Shown: in pieces, positions 59,416 to 64,000 of the stretch
Layout: each line of letters opens with the position of its first letter
Position numbering within the stretch: position 1 is the first letter of the stretch
Assembly (NCBI GenBank): GCA_018674305.1
Contig: JABHAL010000007.1
Span: forward strand, 6,976 to 70,975
Length of the DNA stretch: 64,000 nucleotides
Direction: 5' to 3'
From: Candidatus Falkowbacteria bacterium
Lineage (GTDB): Bacteria; Patescibacteriota; Patescibacteriia; UBA11705; JABHMO01
Position numbers and translations under genes: made by a program
The notes under the pieces: model-generated
Told to the model about the DNA's origin: nothing
Database searches by the model: none
What the model saw: only the letters and a program-made list of their open reading frames with translations

Positions 59416-60582
59416 TTACGGCGCCATCTGCCGTAATTTTTTTATAGTTGAAGTTATAACTTTAATAAAATGACTGATTTCATCTTCAGAATTAAATCTT
59501 CCAAGAGAGATACGAACACTGCCATGAGACCACTCAGGTTTAATTCCCATCGCGGTTAAAACATGAGAAGGTTCCAAAGACCCAGAAGAACAAGCGCTAC
59601 CAGTTGAAATTGCAATACCCTCCATGTCCAACATCATCAAGATGCTTTCACCTTCTGCTTTTAGAAAACTAATATTGATCAAATTTGGCAATTGACTTTC
59701 AGACTCGCCATTAAAACGAACATTTTCAATATTTTCCAATTCCTTGACTATCTGTTCTTTGATTTTTTTCACTTTTTTACTTTCTTCTCCTACTAATTCA
59801 ATTGCCTCGCCTAATCCCGCAACGCCTGGCACATTCAAAGTACCTGGTCGCAAATTATATTCCTGATGACCTCCACAAATGATTGGTTCCAGCTTAGCAG
59901 CAGCTCGAATATATAGCGCACCAACACCTTTGGGGCCATATATTTTATGACCTGATAAACTCAAAAAATCAACGCCAAGATTATCAACCTTGCAATCAAG
60001 ATAATTAACTGCTTGGACTGCATCAGTGTGAAAATAAATTGGTAGCCCTGAACTCCCCCTGTTCGTCTGAACTTGTTTTAGGATTTCGTCAACCTTTTTT
60101 AATGGCTGAATAGAACCGACTTCATTATTGGCATACATTATTGAAACCAAAACTGTGTTATCTTTTATTTTACTTTCCAGTTGTTCAAGATCAATAATTC
60201 CAGCTTTATCAACCTTAACATAATCAACTTCGACCATTGGACGTTTTTCCAATTCCTTACAAACTTCCAATACTGCTGGGTGTTCAATCTGAGATGTTAT
60301 TATGTGAATTTCTTTATTTTGTTTTGTAAAGTACTTAACGACTCCTTGTAAAATCAAATTATTTGATTCCGTTGCGCCTGATGTGAAAATAATTTCCTGG
60401 GCTTCACAACCCAAAAATCTGGCCACCTGGTCTCTGGCTTTATCAACTGCAGCTAATGCCTTTTGACCAAAACTGTGCATTGATCCAGAATTACCAAACT
60501 CTTCCTGTAAATATGGCGCCATGGTTTCAAAAACTTTTGGATCAACCTTAGTGGTTGCTGAATTGTCGTAATAAATTTTCAT
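59416..60582 (-). CDS. iscS: cysteine desulfurase
   Basis: DNSATT, FTSGATESNN, HTDAVQA, SGHKIYGPKG, GSACSS. Confidence 0.93.
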   Translation of the reverse strand: MKIYYDNSATTKVDPKVFETMAPYLQEEFGNSGSMHSFGQKALAAVDKARDQVARFLGCEAQEIIFTSGATESNNLILQGVVKYFTKQNKEIHIITSQIEHPAVLEVCKELEKRPMVEVDYVKVDKAGIIDLEQLESKIKDNTVLVSIMYANNEVGSIQPLKKVDEILKQVQTNRGSSGLPIYFHTDAVQAVNYLDCKVDNLGVDFLSLSGHKIYGPKGVGALYIRAAAKLEPIICGGHQEYNLRPGTLNVPGVAGLGEAIELVGEESKKVKKIKEQIVKELENIENVRFNGESESQLPNLINISFLKAEGESILMMLDMEGIAISTGSACSSGSLEPSHVLTAMGIKPEWSHGSVRISLGRFNSEDEISHFIKVITSTIKKLRQMAP

Positions 60583-60659
60583 AAAAGTTAATTAAACGAA
60601 CTGGGTGAATTAAGTTAAATTAGCTGAATTACTTAATCTCTTAATTCTCTTTTCAAAAA

Positions 60660-60878
60660 TTAAACAGCTTCAACATCTTTCACCTCTGGAAATTCCTCTT
60701 TTAATAATCTTCCGATACCATCTTTGAGTGTGACTTGCGACATTGGACAACCATGGCAAGCGCCAGTTAATTTAACTTTAACAATACCATCCACAAAATC
60801 AACAAACTCAACGTCTCCGCCGTCAGCTTGTAACATTGGTCTTATTTTTTCTAGAGCTTTTTCAATTTTATCTTTCAT
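60660..60878 (-). CDS. NifU-like (Nfu) Fe-S carrier
   Basis: IRP.LQADGGDVE, GACHGCP. Confidence 0.92.
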   Translation of the reverse strand: MKDKIEKALEKIRPMLQADGGDVEFVDFVDGIVKVKLTGACHGCPMSQVTLKDGIGRLLKEEFPEVKDVEAV

Positions 60879-60899
60879 AAATTTAATATTTACTATTAA

Positions 60900-61280
60900 T
60901 TATTTACTTTTGTAATCTTCTATTGCTTTTTTTAACCCTTCTTCTGCTAAAACTGAACAATGATATTTAAGAGCTGGGACTTGTCCTAATTTCTTTACAA
61001 TATCGTCTTTTGTAATAGCAAAAGCTTGTTTAAAAGTCTTTCCCTTGGCCAACTCGGTCAAAACTGAAGTTGCAGCAATAGCTGCTGCGCAACCTAAAGT
61101 TTCAAATTTAACATCTTCTAAAATTGTATCGTCTCCTAGTTCTTCACCTACTTTAATATATATTTTCATTACATCACCGCACTTAATATTACCAACCTCC
61201 CCGACACCATCAGCATCTTCTATCTGACCTTGATTTCTGGGACTTTTAAAATGATCCATTAGTTCTTCTGAATATTGCAT
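60900..61280 (-). CDS. iscU: Fe-S scaffold IscU/NifU-N
   Basis: DHF..PRN.G, CGD, GCAAAIA, HCS. Confidence 0.92.
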   Translation of the reverse strand: MQYSEELMDHFKSPRNQGQIEDADGVGEVGNIKCGDVMKIYIKVGEELGDDTILEDVKFETLGCAAAIAATSVLTELAKGKTFKQAFAITKDDIVKKLGQVPALKYHCSVLAEEGLKKAIEDYKSK

Positions 61281-61285
61281 ATTTT

Positions 61286-61669
61286 TTATAATTCACTTAG
61301 TTTAATATTTTTTAACGTTTTAGTTATTTGTTTATAAAGTTTAGTCCAAATTGGTAAAACTTTGCACTTGCAATCACAACATGCCCCACTTGTTACACAC
61401 TCATACGGAGCAACTGAACCCTCAAGAGCTTCAATTACTTGAAGAGAATTTATCTTGCTTGCAGGCTTGGTTAAATAATAACCACCCTTAACACCTTTAT
61501 CTGCCTTTACCAAACCAGCTTTTTTTAGACTAGCAAATAATCGTTCCAAATAAGATAGCGAGATTTTTTCCTTATCAGCAATCCAAGCCAAAGAAACTGA
61601 CTTTTTGCCAGCTTTATCTAAATGTACAATTGCCCTTAGACCATACTCTGCTTTGGTGCTAAATTTCAT
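61286..61669 (-). CDS. Rrf2-family regulator (IscR-like)
   Basis: STKAEYGLRA, SYLE.LF..LK..GLV...G..GGY, C-terminal Cys cluster; start re-set to ATG 61669. Confidence 0.9.
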   Translation of the reverse strand: MKFSTKAEYGLRAIVHLDKAGKKSVSLAWIADKEKISLSYLERLFASLKKAGLVKADKGVKGGYYLTKPASKINSLQVIEALEGSVAPYECVTSGACCDCKCKVLPIWTKLYKQITKTLKNIKLSEL

Positions 61670-61676
61670 AAAAATA

Positions 61677-61701
61677 AATACCAACTAGTTTAGTTGGTAT
61701 T
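61677..61701. promoter_or_regulatory. IscR/Rrf2-type operator palindrome
   Basis: aataccaacta-gtt-tagttggtatt directly downstream of a minus-strand TTGACA..TACACT promoter (61702-61729). Confidence 0.75.
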
Positions 61702-61733
61702 AGTGTAGCACACTTAAAAATAGTGTCAAGTTG

Positions 61734-62843
61734 TTAGTTCTCTACAGATTTAATCCGAGCATTCCTCATATCGCTCAGCCCCTCATACAACCCTGCTTTG
61801 TATTTATCCAGTGATTCACCGTAAAAAAGAATTCTTATTGCATCAGCAAAGTTTCTAGTCACGGGAATAACTGTTAACTTTTTCAAAACAGCTCTTTTCT
61901 CTGGATCAATCGGAATTGTGTCAGTTACAATTACTTCCTGGATTGAGGTATTGGCTTCCATGGCAGCTAAGCCCTTCATGGAACTAAACACTGCGTGAGT
62001 CGGTGCTAAAATTAAGGATTTAACACCTTTTGAAATGAGAAAGTCTGCACCATCATTCATTGTTCCACCACTGGCTACTTCGTCGTCTGGCATAATGCCA
62101 ATTCGTCCCTTGACTCTATCAACGCCAATTAACGCTTCTGGCACGGCCTTTTCATCATCACCATATCGACGTTTATCAATGATTGCCATAGGTAAACCCA
62201 GGTTAGTTGCCAAGGCACCACAGGGCTTGGAATCACCGACGTCAGGTGCAATTACCGCATAATTAGTTAAATCATGCTTTTCCAAAAAATGTCGAGCAAT
62301 GATCGGCTTTCCCTTGAGAACCTCCACTTTGACTCTTTTCTCATCAAAGAAACCATTAATCTGAGCAAAGTGTGGGTCCATCAATAATATGCGATCAGCT
62401 CCTGATTCAGTAAGCAAATCAGCCATTAATCGCGCGCCTATACAAACTCTCGCATGATCTTTTTTGTCACTACGCACATACGGCATATATGGCATCACAA
62501 CCGTGACGCTGGATGCTCCGGAAGTTTTCAAAGCATGAATCATCAAAAATAACTCCATGATCATATCGCTAAGCCGAAGATTACATCCCCACAGGTCATT
62601 ACCCTGTTCGTCTTTTCCTATCAAGGCCCTGCCGTGTGCTTGAGTTTGGATTATAAAACAATGAAAATCTCTGACATTTTCCTTGATATCAACCAAACAG
62701 TTGCCATTAGAGAACCAAGTAATTTGTTTGCCTTTTTTGTCAGCCAGATCAGGTTCATACAACTTCACATCTAAATGCCTTGCAACTTCACGTGCAAACT
62801 TCAAATGTGAATTACCTGCAAATAACTTCAATCCCTTAGGCAT
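61734..62843 (-). CDS. prs: ribose-phosphate pyrophosphokinase (divergent)
   Basis: LFAGNSH, MPY.RSDKK, D.H..QI.GFF, APDVG, DD...SGGT, THAVFS, TDTIP; start re-set to ATG 62843. Confidence 0.9.
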   Translation of the reverse strand: MPKGLKLFAGNSHLKFAREVARHLDVKLYEPDLADKKGKQITWFSNGNCLVDIKENVRDFHCFIIQTQAHGRALIGKDEQGNDLWGCNLRLSDMIMELFLMIHALKTSGASSVTVVMPYMPYVRSDKKDHARVCIGARLMADLLTESGADRILLMDPHFAQINGFFDEKRVKVEVLKGKPIIARHFLEKHDLTNYAVIAPDVGDSKPCGALATNLGLPMAIIDKRRYGDDEKAVPEALIGVDRVKGRIGIMPDDEVASGGTMNDGADFLISKGVKSLILAPTHAVFSSMKGLAAMEANTSIQEVIVTDTIPIDPEKRAVLKKLTVIPVTRNFADAIRILFYGESLDKYKAGLYEGLSDMRNARIKSVEN

Positions 62844-62983
62844 AGTTTTTCTCCCTTGATTCAGGTGCAATGTGTAATCTGAACCGTAGAACATAATAAA
62901 TATTGGTCACAACAATAGTTTAGCAAACCAGTCAATTTTGTCAAAATAAAAAAGCTACTCAATATAAGTAGCTATTCTCTATG

Positions 62984-63775
62984 TTAATTATCGAGAATTC
63001 CTTTTACTAACAGAACTCGTTTGGAACCCTTTAACATCTTCTTTTCTTTTTCATCATCTTCAACTAATTCATCGTATGGGCGAAATGGTTGGCCATCAGT
63101 TTTTAAGGGCAGATCATGAATTGCTTCAATAATCGTTTGGTATTTATATTTATAACCATCCCCTTTTCGGGTTCCCACATCATTGGTAATAAATTCATTG
63201 CGGTCATAACCACGAATAACTAAGAAGTGATATAAAGGACCAGGCTCTGTATAATTTGGATTACCCAATTCACGGCCAGCAGTCGGGATTAATATTAAAT
63301 AACCCTGGCTTAAATATTTTTTCATTAAATCAACTTCAACCTGCTCAACAATTTTCACATCCAAATTAAAATACTCTTTTGCCATAATCTCAACTTCTAC
63401 AAGCTCAGTATCAGAATACAAGCCAAACTTTTGTTTCTCCCACTCAACAACTTCAATGATTTCTTTGTCCATTAATTCATTGGTCAATTTTTTATTATTA
63501 AAATAATAATAAGCTTGAATTAGAGCTGCTTCTTCACAAGCTTCCTGATATGGCAAGTCCCAATTAGCCAGCGGAGCTTGAGAGGCAAAATCCACATTTA
63601 AATTTACCGTAGTTGGAACTTCTTCTTCTTTAGGCTCATTTTCTAAATCAACTTGCCAATCTTTTACTTTGTATTCAAAACTAGCCAACTGATCCTGAAC
63701 CTGGCCAATAGCTTGATCATAGCTTGCTCCGTTAAGAACAGCCAAACTAATTAGAATTAAGATGAATAACTTCAT
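62984..63775 (-). CDS. secreted peptidase C39-like protein
   Basis: signal peptide; F.SQAP, ACEEAA, YH.LVI.GYD, TNDVGT. Confidence 0.8.
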   Translation of the reverse strand: MKLFILILISLAVLNGASYDQAIGQVQDQLASFEYKVKDWQVDLENEPKEEEVPTTVNLNVDFASQAPLANWDLPYQEACEEAALIQAYYYFNNKKLTNELMDKEIIEVVEWEKQKFGLYSDTELVEVEIMAKEYFNLDVKIVEQVEVDLMKKYLSQGYLILIPTAGRELGNPNYTEPGPLYHFLVIRGYDRNEFITNDVGTRKGDGYKYKYQTIIEAIHDLPLKTDGQPFRPYDELVEDDEKEKKMLKGSKRVLLVKGILDN

Positions 63776-63947
63776 ATAATTGATTTATACATATAGCAAA
63801 CCAAATTTTTGAGTAACTGTCAATTTAATACCTTAAATAACTAAATTTGTTGATAAATACTTGACAAAGTCGATAAATTTTTATAAACTGTATATCAGCT
63901 AATGACTGATGAATTCTAAAAACATAAATAACTAAATTTAGCGATAT

Positions 63948-64000
63948 ATGGCACATAAAAAAGCGGGTGGTAGTAGTTCAAATTTAAAAGATTCAAATGC
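63948..64000 (+). CDS. rpmA: 50S ribosomal protein L27 (5' partial)
   Basis: MAHKKAGGSSSNLKDSN, truncated by the window end. Confidence 0.92.
   Translation, partial: MAHKKAGGSSSNLKDSN

Overview
AT-rich bacterial chromosome segment. Gene content and style (housekeeping genes mostly without Shine-Dalgarno sites, giant surface proteins, DUF3048, divergent ThyX-like ORF) suggest a Patescibacteria/CPR (Parcubacteria-like) genome; this is an inference. The backbone is translation genes (rpmI, rplT, tRNA-Asp, rpmE, prfA, prmC, rplY, secE-nusG-rplK-rplA, gatB, miaA, miaB, rpmA), gyrB, cell wall genes (rodA, mraY, murD, ftsW, lgt), an Fe-S operon, a large dTTP-metabolism cluster and two tandem paralogous giant surface proteins. 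The stand-out feature is a ~7.3 kb minus-strand operon (39281->31967). It holds a retron-type reverse transcriptase fused to an RNase HI-like domain, then a tandem ARRAY of 8 retron-like (msr/msd-like) structured non-coding units separated by conserved double-hairpin linkers, then a CbbQ/NorQ/MoxR-type AAA+ ATPase, a 9th non-coding unit, and an HExxH+VWA protein. The units share closing arms and a putative RT-recognition hairpin but have highly divergent msd-like halves whose fold appears selected on the cDNA strand. This is a candidate poly-retron that makes a repertoire of msDNAs. Minor findings include a solitary attC-like site, in-frame REP insertions in prmC, an unassigned structured ncRNA candidate and unannotated small ORFs.
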